DNA of 64,000 nt, taken from assembly GCA_964575105.1 (NCBI GenBank), contig CAZNQA010000003.1, forward strand, positions 2,158-66,157, read 5' to 3'. Made by a program: the position numbers and the translations under genes. The notes beneath the pieces were generated by a model, which saw nothing but the letters and a program-made list of their open reading frames with translations, ran no database searches and was not told where the DNA came from. Shown here piece after piece: positions 7,715 through 17,816 of this stretch (the stretch's first letter is position 1; each line of letters starts with the position of its first letter). This DNA is from an uncultured Stakelama sp. Its GTDB lineage: Bacteria; Pseudomonadota; Alphaproteobacteria; Sphingomonadales; Sphingomonadaceae.

Positions 7715-10700
7715 ATGGGCTTATATCGGTTCAAACTCGCAACAGCGCTGGCGACGACCATCGCGCTCGCACCAGCAGCATGGGCACAGGAAGCGCAGAC
7801 GGAGTCGCCTTCGGCACCGTCGACAGCGTCCACTGATCTTCAGGCAGCCGCAACGGATCCGCAAGAGATCATCGTCACCGGTTCGCGCATCCGTCGCCCC
7901 AATCTCGAATCGCCGGTTCCGGTCACGTCGATCGGTGGCGAGGAACTGTTCCAGCAGGGGCAGAACAACATCGGCGACACGCTGAACGACCTGCCGCAGT
8001 TGCGCAGCACGTTCGGCCAGCAGAATCCCGGCACTGGCGTCGGTATCGCCGGGCTCAACCTGCTCGATCTTCGCGGTCTGGGCACTGCACGCACGCTGGT
8101 CCTGGTCAACGGTCGCCGCCACGTTGCGGCGGACATCCTGAACAACGCCTCGTCGGTCGACGTCAACACGATCTCGAACGATCTGGTCGAGCGGATCGAC
8201 GTCGTGACCGGCGGCAACTCGGCCGTTTACGGGTCCGACGCCATCGCCGGCGTCGTCAACTTCGTGCTCAAGCGCGACTTCTCGGGCCTGCAGGTTCGCG
8301 GGTCGACCGGCATTTCCGAGCAGGGATACGGCGCGAACCAGTTCGCCTCGGGCATGTTCGGCAAGAACTTCGCCGACGGCCGCGGCAACATCACGGTGCA
8401 GGCGGAATACGCCAACCAGAACCGCGTGTATGCGTCCGACATTCCGGCCTTCCAGCAGGCCAACGGCTTCGTCACGATCGACGCCGATTCGACCGGCCTG
8501 CCGCAGGGCAGCGACGGCTTCCCCGACGCGATCTTCGTCCGCGACATCCGCAGTGCGACGATCAACCGGTTCGGCCTAGCGGTCGTCCCGCAGCCGCAGG
8601 CAAACGGACGCTGCGGCGCCGGTACGCTGGCCAATAACGGCCCGGCGAACACCAACGGCACCGTGTTCAACTGCAACTACGTCTTCTCGTCCGAAGGCAA
8701 TCTGAACGCGCAGACCGGGACCCGCTTCGGCACTGGTCCGGCGGGTACGTTCGTCGGCGGCAACGGCCAGACGTCGCGCGAGGGCACGCAGCTTTCGATC
8801 CTGCCATCGACGCAGCGGATCAACACCAACCTGCTCGCGCATTATCAGTTCAGCGACGCGCTCGAACTGTTCTTCGAGGGCAAGTTCGTCCAGATCGACG
8901 CGGTCGGCAACCAGGCTGGCCCGACGTTCATCAACAACACCACGGCGTCGCTCGGCAACGACGCCCGCCTCGACCCGCGGCTCGACAACCCGTATCTGAA
9001 CGCTGCGGACCGGAGCACGCTGGCAACCGCCATCCTGGCGGCAAACTGCGGGTTCACGCTCGGCTCCGCGCTGACGGCGGCGACCTGCGTACCGGGTACC
9101 GCGGCAGTGCAGGCAGCCCGCACCGCTGCGGTCAACAACGGCAGCTACCGCTTCCTGTTCGCCCGCAACCTGACCGATTCGCCGGATCGCGACGAGTATT
9201 TCCGTCGTCGTACCTATCGCTTCGTCGCGGGCGCCCGCGGCACGTTCAATGGCGACTGGAACTACGAAATCTCGGGCAACTACGGGAAGTTTGAGGAACG
9301 GGCGGACCTGAAGGGCTATGTCGATCGCCAGCGCTTCCTGCTGTCGCTCGATGCCGGCCGCAACCCGGCGACCGGCGCGATCCAGTGCCGTTCGCAGTTC
9401 GACGCGGCGTCGGCGGTCGGTGCACCCGGTCTTTCGGGCAGCGCGGCAACGGCAGCCAAGCTGGCGGCGGACATCGCGGCCTGTACGCCGTACAATCCGT
9501 TCGGTGCGGGCAACAACAAGGCGGCGGTCAGCTACTTCGCGGCACCGATCGTCAATACCTCGTCGATCGAGCAGATCGACGTGAACGGCTTCGTCGGCGG
9601 CGACTCCAGCCAGCTGTTCAGCCTGCCCGGCGGTCCGATCAACTTCGTGCTCGGCGGCGAGTATCGGCGCGAGAAGGCAACCAACAACAGTGACAGCGCA
9701 GCCGACACCGGCCTCAGCAACGCGGTGTTCCTCGGCGACGTCAACGCGCGTGCGCTCGAGGTCAAGGAAGCCTTTGGCGAGTTGAACATCCCGCTGCTGA
9801 AAGACGTGCCGTTCTTCAAGAGCCTGACGGTCAACCTCGCCGGTCGTGTGTCCGACTATAACAACGCTGCAGGCACCGTGTACGCCTACAATGGCGGCGT
9901 GGTCTGGGCGCCGATCCGCGACATCAGCTTCCGCGGTGTCTACGGGCGGTCGGTGCGTGCGCCGAACGTTTCGGAGACGAGCTTCCCGGCGGTGCCGAAC
10001 TTCGCGAACGGCTTCATCGATCCGTGCAACGTCAACGCGATTGCCAATGGCACCGCGGCACGCGTCACCAACTGCCAGTCGCAACTTTCCGCGGGGCAGC
10101 TCTCGAACCTGCAGCTTGGCGGTTACTCGCTCGGCGTGATCTCGGGCAGCAACCCGAACCTGCTGGCTGAAACCGCCGATTCGTACACGCTGGGGACGAT
10201 CCTCCAGCCGCGGTTCATCCCGGGGTTCACCTTGTCGATCGATTACTACGACATCACCGTCAACAACGTGATCGTCTCGCTCGCCGCGCAGACGATCGTC
10301 AACGCCTGCTACGACACGCCGAACCTGCAGAGCCCGCTGTGCAACGGCTTCCGCCGCAACCTCGGCACGACGAATGGCGCGAACGGGGAACTGCCCGGGC
10401 AGATCCTCACCAATACCGTCATCCAGGGTCCGCAGAACTTCGCCCGACGTGTCCGCAAGGGCATCGACGTCGAGGCGGCCTACCGCCACACCTTCGGCCA
10501 GGACGTCGCCCTGAGCTCGCGGGTCAACTACACGCACGGTCTGCAGAACAGCAACTACGAGAACCCGACGATCCCGGACACCGAGAACGTCATCCTGAGT
10601 GAACTCGGCGATCCGGTGGACGAGTTCAAGTTCAACGCGGACCTCACCGTCAATCGCATCACCTTCGGGTACGGGATGCACTTCTACGGCCCGATGCTGA

Positions 10701-10999
10701 CCTCGACGTTCGAGAATTTCTATCCGAACAACGCCGGCGTCACTGGTCAGACCGGGCTTCCGCTCAACGCCGATGCGATCGAGATCCGCAAGTATCCGAC
10801 CGTCATCTACCAGAACGTGCGGATGAACTTCCGGATCGGCGACAAGCTGCAGGGTCGCAACGAACTCGATTTCTACGTCGGGATCGACAATCTGACCGAT
10901 CGCCAGCCGCCGTTCGGCACGACCGCGACGGGTTCGGGTTCCGCGATCTACAGCGTGCGCGGGCGCAACTTCTACGCCGGGTTCAAGGCGCGCTTCTAA
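7715..10999 (+). CDS. TonB-dependent receptor (about 1090 aa)
   Basis: GGGGAGG RBS before ATG 7715, signal peptide, QEIIVTGSRI, AVYGSDAIAGVVNF, C-terminal Phe. Confidence 0.93.
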   Translation: MGLYRFKLATALATTIALAPAAWAQEAQTESPSAPSTASTDLQAAATDPQEIIVTGSRIRRPNLESPVPVTSIGGEELFQQGQNNIGDTLNDLPQLRSTFGQQNPGTGVGIAGLNLLDLRGLGTARTLVLVNGRRHVAADILNNASSVDVNTISNDLVERIDVVTGGNSAVYGSDAIAGVVNFVLKRDFSGLQVRGSTGISEQGYGANQFASGMFGKNFADGRGNITVQAEYANQNRVYASDIPAFQQANGFVTIDADSTGLPQGSDGFPDAIFVRDIRSATINRFGLAVVPQPQANGRCGAGTLANNGPANTNGTVFNCNYVFSSEGNLNAQTGTRFGTGPAGTFVGGNGQTSREGTQLSILPSTQRINTNLLAHYQFSDALELFFEGKFVQIDAVGNQAGPTFINNTTASLGNDARLDPRLDNPYLNAADRSTLATAILAANCGFTLGSALTAATCVPGTAAVQAARTAAVNNGSYRFLFARNLTDSPDRDEYFRRRTYRFVAGARGTFNGDWNYEISGNYGKFEERADLKGYVDRQRFLLSLDAGRNPATGAIQCRSQFDAASAVGAPGLSGSAATAAKLAADIAACTPYNPFGAGNNKAAVSYFAAPIVNTSSIEQIDVNGFVGGDSSQLFSLPGGPINFVLGGEYRREKATNNSDSAADTGLSNAVFLGDVNARALEVKEAFGELNIPLLKDVPFFKSLTVNLAGRVSDYNNAAGTVYAYNGGVVWAPIRDISFRGVYGRSVRAPNVSETSFPAVPNFANGFIDPCNVNAIANGTAARVTNCQSQLSAGQLSNLQLGGYSLGVISGSNPNLLAETADSYTLGTILQPRFIPGFTLSIDYYDITVNNVIVSLAAQTIVNACYDTPNLQSPLCNGFRRNLGTTNGANGELPGQILTNTVIQGPQNFARRVRKGIDVEAAYRHTFGQDVALSSRVNYTHGLQNSNYENPTIPDTENVILSELGDPVDEFKFNADLTVNRITFGYGMHFYGPMLTSTFENFYPNNAGVTGQTGLPLNADAIEIRKYPTVIYQNVRMNFRIGDKLQGRNELDFYVGIDNLTDRQPPFGTTATGSGSAIYSVRGRNFYAGFKARF

Positions 11000-11023
11000 G
11001 CGGTCGAGCGACGTTCAATCCCT

Positions 11024-11056
11024 GGGGGCGGAGAGCAATCTTCGCCCCCCTTTTTA
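11024..11056 (+). terminator. Intrinsic terminator
   Basis: GGGGGCGGAGA-GCAA-TCTTCGCCCCC followed by a T tract. Confidence 0.85.
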
Positions 11057-11099
11057 TTCGGGAAACGTCTTGCGCTGTGAGGACGAACGGCGTCCGTTC

Positions 11100-12140
11100 C
11101 TAGAACCAGATCCGGTCGAACCGCGCGCCCAGCCCGGTCAGCAGCTCATATTGCGACATGCCCGACGCCACCGCTGCCGCTGGCAGCGCGTAATCGAGCG
11201 TCACCCAGTCACCCTCCCCCAGTGTTGGCAAGGCATCGACCGCGATCGCGGTCAGGTCCATCGATACGCGTCCAAGCACCGGCAGCACGGCGTCACCGAC
11301 CCGCGCGATCCCGGCATTGGTAAAACCGCGCCAATAACCGTCGGCATAGCCGATGTTGAGGATCGCCACCTCGATCGGTTCGCGGGCGGTGTAGAGCGCG
11401 TTGTACCCGATCGATTCCCCCGCCGCGAGCGTCCGGCGCTGGAGGATCTGCGCCTGCGGGGTCGCGACCTGCCGCACCACGTCCGCCAGCTCGCCGCGGG
11501 GCACGCCGCCGTACAGCGCAAGCCCGGGGCGGGTCAGGTCGAACGCATACGCCTGCCCCAGCGCGATTCCGGCGGAATTGGCGAGGCTCAGGCGCCGCGC
11601 TCCGGTCTTGCCGCGCAATGCCTCGAGCCGGTCGCGCTGGCGCGCGTTGGCGGGTGCATCCTCATCCGCACAGGAAAGGTGGCTCATCAGCGTATCGATC
11701 GCGAGCCCGTCGATCGCGCCGTCCGCAACCTGTTCGGGCGACAGACCGAGCCGGTTCATGCCCGTATCGACCATCACGTCGCACCGCCCGCCCCCCGCGT
11801 CGCGCCAGCGCCGGATCTGTTCGAGCGTGTTGAGCACAGGACGCGAAAAGCCTTGCATCGCGAGCGGCATGTCCTCTGCGCGCACCCCGTGGAGCACCGA
11901 CAGGTCGACTTTCAGCGCGGTCACGAGATCCACCAACGCCGCCGCCTCGCCCCAGCTCGCGACGAAGAAATCGCGGCAGCCCGCTTCGGCAAGCCGCTCG
12001 ACCACGCCGGCCGCGCCGAGCCCGTAGCCATCCGCCTTGATCGCAGCCCCGCACGCGGCGGTGCCGCTGAGCGTATCGAGCGCGCGCCAGTTGGCGACGA
12101 GGGCGGACGTATCGAGCGAAAGGCGAAGCGGCGCGGTCAT
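11100..12140 (-). CDS. alr: Alanine racemase
   Basis: AAIKADGYGLG PLP-lysine motif, DTGMNRLG, IGYADG, GRVSMD. Confidence 0.93.
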   Translation of the reverse strand: MTAPLRLSLDTSALVANWRALDTLSGTAACGAAIKADGYGLGAAGVVERLAEAGCRDFFVASWGEAAALVDLVTALKVDLSVLHGVRAEDMPLAMQGFSRPVLNTLEQIRRWRDAGGGRCDVMVDTGMNRLGLSPEQVADGAIDGLAIDTLMSHLSCADEDAPANARQRDRLEALRGKTGARRLSLANSAGIALGQAYAFDLTRPGLALYGGVPRGELADVVRQVATPQAQILQRRTLAAGESIGYNALYTAREPIEVAILNIGYADGYWRGFTNAGIARVGDAVLPVLGRVSMDLTAIAVDALPTLGEGDWVTLDYALPAAAVASGMSQYELLTGLGARFDRIWF

Positions 12141-12173
12141 CCAAGCGCGGGTAACGCCCCGCACCGCATTCGG

Positions 12174-13817
12174 CTAGCCCGCCTTCGCCCGCACGCCCTT
12201 GGGCACCGCCGGGCGGATGTCCTCGAGCCACACCACCGTCACCACCAGCGCGAGCGCCACGACCGCGAAGGTGTACCACAGACCGGCATAGGGATTGCCG
12301 CTTCGCGCGACGATGAACTGGCTGATGAACGGCAGGAACCCGCCGAAATAGCCGGTCCCGACGTGATAGGGGATCGACATCGAGCTGTAGCGGATTCGCG
12401 GCGGAAACATCTCCGCAAGCAACGCCGCGACCGGGCCGTAGGTGATCCCCGACAACGCGCTCAGCGCGAGGATCGCGACGAGGATCAGCGCGATATTCCC
12501 CGGCGCGGGAACGACCCGGTCGAGGTTATAGCCGGCGTTGGTCAGTGCGGCATCGAGCCCGGCGTCGCTGAGGTCCTCGACCGGGGTACCGCCAATGATC
12601 ACCAGCGTGACCGGGGTCTGCGCCTTGCGATACGGCACGCCCTTGCGCGACAAGGTGTCGAGCAATTGCCCGCAGGCATCCGCCTGCCTCGCGGCAAACG
12701 GATTATACGCGCAGTTCGGCCCCGACACGACCACCGGCGCGTGGCGCGCGGCGTCCGCCAGCGCGGGGTTGGCCGCACTCCCCATCACCCAGAAGATCGG
12801 GAACAGCAGCAACAGCGTCAGCGCATAGCCGATGATGATCGGGTTCTTGCGGCCATAGCGATCCGACAGCCGTCCGAAGAAGACGAAGAAACCAAGCCCG
12901 CCGAGCGCGCCGACCCCGACGATCAACTGCGCAGCGGTCTCGTTGACTCGCATCGGCCCTTCGAGGAACGACAGCACCGTGAACATCGCGGTGTACCAGA
13001 TCACCGTCAGCCCCGCCGCGATCCCGAACAAGGCGACGAACAGCCGCTTGAGGTTGCCGGGATAGGTGAAGCTCTCGACGAACGGGTTGTGCGCGGTCTC
13101 CCCGGCGGCCTTCATCTGCTTGAACACCGGGCTTTCGGACAGCTTGAGCCGCATGAACAGCGACACCGCGAGCAGCAGCAGCGAGAAGATGAACGGTACG
13201 CGCCAGCCCCACGCGGTCCACGCCGCGACCCCGAGCACGCCCTTGGTGATCAACACGACCGCGAGGCTCAGGATGAACCCGCCCGCGACGCTCGCCTGGA
13301 TGAAGCTGGTGTAATAACCGCTTTTGCCCGGTGGGGAGTGTTCCGCGACATAGATCGCCGCGCCGCCATATTCCCCGCCGAGGGCAAGCCCCTGCAGGAT
13401 CCGCAGCCCGATCACGATGAACGGCGCGGCAAGGCCGATCGACGCGGCGGACGGCACCATCCCGACCGCCGCAGTCGCCAGCCCCATCATCGCAATTGTC
13501 ACGAGGAAGGTGTATTTGCGCCCGAGCCGGTCGCCGAGGAACCCGAACAGGATCGCGCCGAGCGGGCGGAACCCGAAGCCGACCGCAAACCCCGCCCAGG
13601 CGTACAGCGTCTGGAGCAATTCGCTTTGCGCGGGGAAGAAGGTGCGCCCGATGATCCCCGACGCGGCGAGCGTTCCGTAGATGAAGAAATCATACCATTC
13701 GAAGATCGTGCCGAGCGACGAGGCGGTGATGATGAGTTGGATGTCGCGGCGGCTCGGCTGGGGCACGGCCCCGGGGGGATTCCCCGGTCCAACATCGCCC
13801 GCCAGGATTGTCGCCAT
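12174..13817 (-). CDS. MFS metabolite:H+ symporter (MHS family)
   Basis: SSLGTIFEWYDF, GDRLGRK, GGEYGGA motifs; multiple TM helices. Confidence 0.92.
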   Translation of the reverse strand: MATILAGDVGPGNPPGAVPQPSRRDIQLIITASSLGTIFEWYDFFIYGTLAASGIIGRTFFPAQSELLQTLYAWAGFAVGFGFRPLGAILFGFLGDRLGRKYTFLVTIAMMGLATAAVGMVPSAASIGLAAPFIVIGLRILQGLALGGEYGGAAIYVAEHSPPGKSGYYTSFIQASVAGGFILSLAVVLITKGVLGVAAWTAWGWRVPFIFSLLLLAVSLFMRLKLSESPVFKQMKAAGETAHNPFVESFTYPGNLKRLFVALFGIAAGLTVIWYTAMFTVLSFLEGPMRVNETAAQLIVGVGALGGLGFFVFFGRLSDRYGRKNPIIIGYALTLLLLFPIFWVMGSAANPALADAARHAPVVVSGPNCAYNPFAARQADACGQLLDTLSRKGVPYRKAQTPVTLVIIGGTPVEDLSDAGLDAALTNAGYNLDRVVPAPGNIALILVAILALSALSGITYGPVAALLAEMFPPRIRYSSMSIPYHVGTGYFGGFLPFISQFIVARSGNPYAGLWYTFAVVALALVVTVVWLEDIRPAVPKGVRAKAG

Positions 13818-14461
13818 CGTTCACCCCTCGTCACGCGCCATTCCAGGCTTTGTGTCGACGATAAATGGTTTCGGCGCGGCGGCAAGCGTCGGCGGTGGCT
13901 ATCGCGAACGTCATCGCGCGGACCCGACCGGCATTCCGATGACCTTCCCCGCAGCGCGTTCAAAAAAAACTTCGCCATCGCGTGCCGCGGCTGCGAACAC
14001 GCAAGCCTGCGTCGAAAGCGCGGTAAAACGCGCACGCCTGCAATGGTTTTCCGCCGACCGCTCGGCATTTTCCAAAGCCGGCCAGGACGGTACCGGTATC
14101 AGTCCGGCTGTATCGAATACACCCGCGCGTCCGCACGCGGTTCCGGCATAACGGCACGAGAAATCGCGGTATTCGCGCAGCAAGCGCCCCTTCTGGAGCG
14201 CAAATCGTGCGTGCGGTGGTCGCCAACGCGATCGCCGACCCGCGACAGCGGTCGGTCGCCTTCCGACGATTCGGCTTCGCGCTCGCGGCGCAGCGAGCCG
14301 TCGCGGGACCGTCGTCCCGGAGCGCCAATTCTCCCGCAGTGCAATATGAACGTGCCGGAAAAGCCCGTCGGAGGTTTCTGAACAAACGCTTGTCAGGCCC
14401 GTTATTCTCATTAACCATTATGGCCCAAGACAACGCAACGGGTCGGAAAGGAGCTTAGAGG

Positions 14462-14605
14462 ATGCGTATCGAATGGCACCAATCCGCCCCCCTCGGGCGC
14501 GCTCCTGCGAAGCGGACCATTTCGCCCGCGATCGGTATTACGATTGCGGGGTTGATTTCCCTGCTGATGTGGGCACTTATTGTGCTGGTCGCGATCGCGA
14601 TCTGA
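14462..14605 (+). CDS. 47-aa single-pass membrane protein (MRIEWHQSAPLGRAPAKRTISPAIGITIAGLISLLMWALIVLVAIAI)
   Basis: AAGGAG RBS, ATG 14462, TGA 14603-14605, C-terminal hydrophobic helix; below the ORF-track cutoff. Confidence 0.65.
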   Translation: MRIEWHQSAPLGRAPAKRTISPAIGITIAGLISLLMWALIVLVAIAI

Positions 14606-14698
14606 AGATCGCGGGATGCGCCCGCCAAAGGGGTTCCCGCTTGCTTCCACGTCAGTTCAGCAACGGTTCAATCCGGTAGGGTAACGCAGTCGTTACCC

Positions 14699-15157
14699 AT
14701 GCCCAATGCCGTCTTGCCCCTTCTCCTGATGCTCGCGCTCGTGCCGTCCGCTTCCGCGGACGTACCGGCGTTCGATCGAGTAGAACTGGCGCAGATGACC
14801 ATCCACCAGCGAATCGTCATCCGTATCCCGCGGGTGCTCGGCGGGCATCCGATGCAGCAACCCCGCAGCGATCGCGCGATCCGGTGGAGCGAGAAGAAGG
14901 GGCCGAAATGCGTCTCGGCGGATCTGCTCGAGGGGGCGATCATCACCGGGGCGGACAGTGTCGATCTCGTGATCGCGGATGGCAGCCGACTGCGCGCCGA
15001 ACTGGACGATCATTGCCCCGCGCTCGACTTCTATTCGGGGCTGTATCTCAAGCAGACCAGCGATGGCATGATCTGCGCCGACCGCGACTCGATCCGCGCA
15101 CGCTCGGGCAGCGTATGCCGGATCGACGGATTCAAACGCCTGGAAGCACGCCGCTGA
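14699..15157 (+). CDS. Exported hypothetical protein with four Cys
   Basis: Signal peptide; WSEKKGPKC, CPALDFYSG, ICADRD and CRI segments; typical codon usage. Confidence 0.75.
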   Translation: MPNAVLPLLLMLALVPSASADVPAFDRVELAQMTIHQRIVIRIPRVLGGHPMQQPRSDRAIRWSEKKGPKCVSADLLEGAIITGADSVDLVIADGSRLRAELDDHCPALDFYSGLYLKQTSDGMICADRDSIRARSGSVCRIDGFKRLEARR

Positions 15158-15257
15158 CCGCTCCAGATGCCGTTTATCTTGACAATTGCGCCCCGATCCG
15201 CAAGCGCTTGACGCCGTTTACGGGTGCTCTCGCCCGAACGATCATTCCGGACACCGC

Positions 15258-16742
15258 ATGACCTTTGCCGATCTCGGCCTTTCCGACGAACTCCAGCGCG
15301 CCGTCAACGAGTCCGGCTATACCGAGCCGACTCCGATCCAGGCGAGCGCGGTACCGTCGATCCTGATGGGCAAGGACCTCGTCGCCGTCGCACAGACCGG
15401 AACCGGCAAGACCGCCGCGTTCGTTCTGCCGATGATCGACATCCTCGGCGAAGGCCGGTCGCGCGCACGGATGCCGCGGTCGCTGATCCTCGAGCCGACG
15501 CGCGAACTCGCCGCGCAGGTTGCGGAGAATTTCGAGAAATACGGCAAATACCACAAGCTCTCGATGGCGTTGCTGATCGGCGGCGTGTCGATGGGCGATC
15601 AGACCGCCGCGCTCGAAAAGGGCGTCGACGTGCTGATCGCGACTCCGGGCCGGTTGATGGACCTGTTCGGGCGCGGCAAGATTTTGCTGACCGGCTGTTC
15701 GATGCTGGTGATCGACGAGGCTGACCGGATGCTCGACATGGGGTTCATCCCCGACATCGAGGAAATCTGCACCAAGCTCCCCAAGACCCGGCAGACGCTG
15801 CTGTTCTCGGCGACGATGCCGCCGCCGATCAAGAAGCTCGCGGACAAGTTCCTCGACAATCCCAAGACGATCGAGGTCGCGCGCCCCGCGACCGCCAACG
15901 TCAACATCAAGCAGTGGCTCGTCCCCGTCACCGCCGCCAAGAAGCGCGACACGCTGATGAAGCTGCTGCGGTCGGAAGACGTGCAGACCGGGATCATCTT
16001 CTCGAACCGCAAGACGACCGTGCGCGAGCTCAACAAGGCGCTGCAGCGCGCCGGCTTCGCATCGAGCGAGATTCACGGCGACATGGAGCAGTCGCAGCGG
16101 ATCGCCGAGCTCGACCGGTTCAAGAAGGGCGAGGTCAAGATCCTCGTCGCATCCGACGTCGCCGCGCGCGGGATCGACATCAAGGGTGTCAGCCACGTGT
16201 TCAATTTCGATGCGCCGTGGCATCCCGACGATTACGTCCATCGCATCGGCCGGACCGGCCGCGCGGGCGCGACGGGGATCGCGTTCACCTTCGCAACGCC
16301 GGACGATGCCGAGAACATCCAGAACATCGAAAAGCTGACCGGGCTCAAGATCGAGCGCTACGCGTCGGGCGATGCTGCCCCGGTCGTGGAAGAAGCGCCT
16401 GTCGAGAAAGCTACGCCGACCGCGCCCAAGAAGCGCCGGACCCGGAGCAAGGCCAAGAGCGACGCACCGGTGGTCGAGACGATCGCGGAGGAGCCTGAGT
16501 CGGCTGCGCCCGCGCCGGCAACGGTTGAGCCCGAGCCGGAGGAGATTCCGGTCGAAGTCGCGCCCGCGACCGCGTCGGCAAGTCGCCGCGAACGCACGCC
16601 CCGGCGCGAGCGTACCCCTGCCCGGACCGAAGCGCCCGCGCCCGCTGCCCGGCAGGAACGCCGCGAGGATGCGGTTTCGGCCGACGACAATGGCTGGAAC
16701 GGCCCCGTCCCCAACTTCCTGCTGGCGCGGTTGACCTACTGA
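15258..16742 (+). CDS. DEAD-box RNA helicase (RhlE-like)
   Basis: Q motif, AQTGTGKT, DEAD, SAT, HRIGRTGR; low-complexity C-terminal tail. Confidence 0.95.
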   Translation: MTFADLGLSDELQRAVNESGYTEPTPIQASAVPSILMGKDLVAVAQTGTGKTAAFVLPMIDILGEGRSRARMPRSLILEPTRELAAQVAENFEKYGKYHKLSMALLIGGVSMGDQTAALEKGVDVLIATPGRLMDLFGRGKILLTGCSMLVIDEADRMLDMGFIPDIEEICTKLPKTRQTLLFSATMPPPIKKLADKFLDNPKTIEVARPATANVNIKQWLVPVTAAKKRDTLMKLLRSEDVQTGIIFSNRKTTVRELNKALQRAGFASSEIHGDMEQSQRIAELDRFKKGEVKILVASDVAARGIDIKGVSHVFNFDAPWHPDDYVHRIGRTGRAGATGIAFTFATPDDAENIQNIEKLTGLKIERYASGDAAPVVEEAPVEKATPTAPKKRRTRSKAKSDAPVVETIAEEPESAAPAPATVEPEPEEIPVEVAPATASASRRERTPRRERTPARTEAPAPAARQERREDAVSADDNGWNGPVPNFLLARLTY

Positions 16743-16750
16743 AGCCAGCG

Positions 16751-16981
16751 ATGGGTGCGCCAGTATCCCGCGCTGCCACCCTGCCGATTCCGAGTCCGTG
16801 CGTTGCGCTATGCCGGATCGATCCGGCGAGCGACCTCTGCGTCGGCTGCGGACGCACGCTCGACGAAATCGCGCGCTGGTCGACCGGTACCGAGATGTGG
16901 CGCGCGGGGGTGATTGCGGGGCTAGGCGAGCGGCTTGCGGCGGTGTCGCGGGAGACCGGAGCCGAAAGCGAGGTAGCGTAG
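16751..16981 (+). CDS. DUF1289-like small Cys-rich protein
   Basis: SPCVALCRID...CVGCGRTLDEIARW pattern. Confidence 0.8.
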   Translation: MGAPVSRAATLPIPSPCVALCRIDPASDLCVGCGRTLDEIARWSTGTEMWRAGVIAGLGERLAAVSRETGAESEVA

Positions 16982-17026
16982 CGTACCGGCTGAATCCGGT
17001 CGGTTACCGGTACGCTATCCCTCTCC

Positions 17027-17097
17027 CCGTTCGTTTCGAGCGAAGTCGAGAGACCCGGCACCACCTCAGGTTTCTTGACTTCGCCCGAAACGAACGG
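17027..17097. repeat. Intergenic palindromic element, family A
   Basis: 25-bp arms CCGTTCGTTTCGAGCGAAGTCGAGA / TCTTGACTTCGCCCGAAACGAACGG with 2 mismatches. Confidence 0.85.
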
Positions 17098-17161
17098 TGG
17101 GGGGTCAAGGCACGAGGACTCCCCCCGGTCCATACCCGGGGGGGCAGCCGCCCAAACTGCG

Positions 17162-17791
17162 TCAGTCCACCGCTTGCGCCACGGAGGCCGCGATCAGGGC
17201 ATCGTCAAGCTCGCCCGCACGGCGATACGCGCCGCGATCCTTCACACGCGCCACATAATCCGTGAACACCGCATTGGCCGGGATCGACCCGAACTGAAGC
17301 CCCCACATCACCTGCGACCCGGCATAGACATCGACCGCGCTGAACCGGTCGCCGCCGAAATAGGGGTTGACCGTAAGCGCCTTGGCGAGCGTCTCGATCG
17401 TCAGGTCGAACGTGCCGTAACCGGCCATCAGCTGTTGTTTCGCGTCCGGTGTCACCCCGAGCGACCGGTTGGTCACGGCATGCTCGAGCGGTCCTGCCGC
17501 GAAGAACAGCCAGCGATAATACTCCGCCCGGTCGGCCGGTGTGGGTGCGAGCCCCGCCGCGGGGAATGCGTCCGCGAGATAGGCACAGATTGCGGCGCAT
17601 TCGGTGACGATGTGCCCGTCGTGGACGATCGCGGGCACCTTCCCCATCGGGTTGATCGCGAGGAACGGCTCGGCCTTCATGCTCGACGCATGATCGAGCA
17701 CGACCGTGTCATACGACGCGCCGACCTCTTCGAGCATCCACCGCGCGATCCGCCCGCGCGACATCGGGTTGGTGTAAAGTGTCAACGTCAT
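17162..17791 (-). CDS. Glutathione S-transferase family protein
   Basis: LYTNPMSRG, INPMGKVP, ECAAICAYLAD. Confidence 0.92.
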   Translation of the reverse strand: MTLTLYTNPMSRGRIARWMLEEVGASYDTVVLDHASSMKAEPFLAINPMGKVPAIVHDGHIVTECAAICAYLADAFPAAGLAPTPADRAEYYRWLFFAAGPLEHAVTNRSLGVTPDAKQQLMAGYGTFDLTIETLAKALTVNPYFGGDRFSAVDVYAGSQVMWGLQFGSIPANAVFTDYVARVKDRGAYRRAGELDDALIAASVAQAVD

Positions 17792-17816
17792 CTTCTCTCT
17801 CCCCGTCTTGAAACCA

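Noticed and set aside
8576-10681. 701-aa minus-strand ORF, and similar long ORFs at 32051-34714, 41618-44239, 51849-54212, 58939-60783 and 60992-62545
   Set aside because: All lie opposite well-supported genes and reflect codon-bias shadows
11070-14381. 1103-aa plus-strand ORF
   Set aside because: Antisense shadow of alr and the MFS gene; Arg/Gly-rich with no motifs, typical of high-GC DNA
16370-16742. RRERTP tandem peptide and Pro/Glu-rich tail in the helicase
   Set aside because: Ordinary disordered DEAD-box C-terminus
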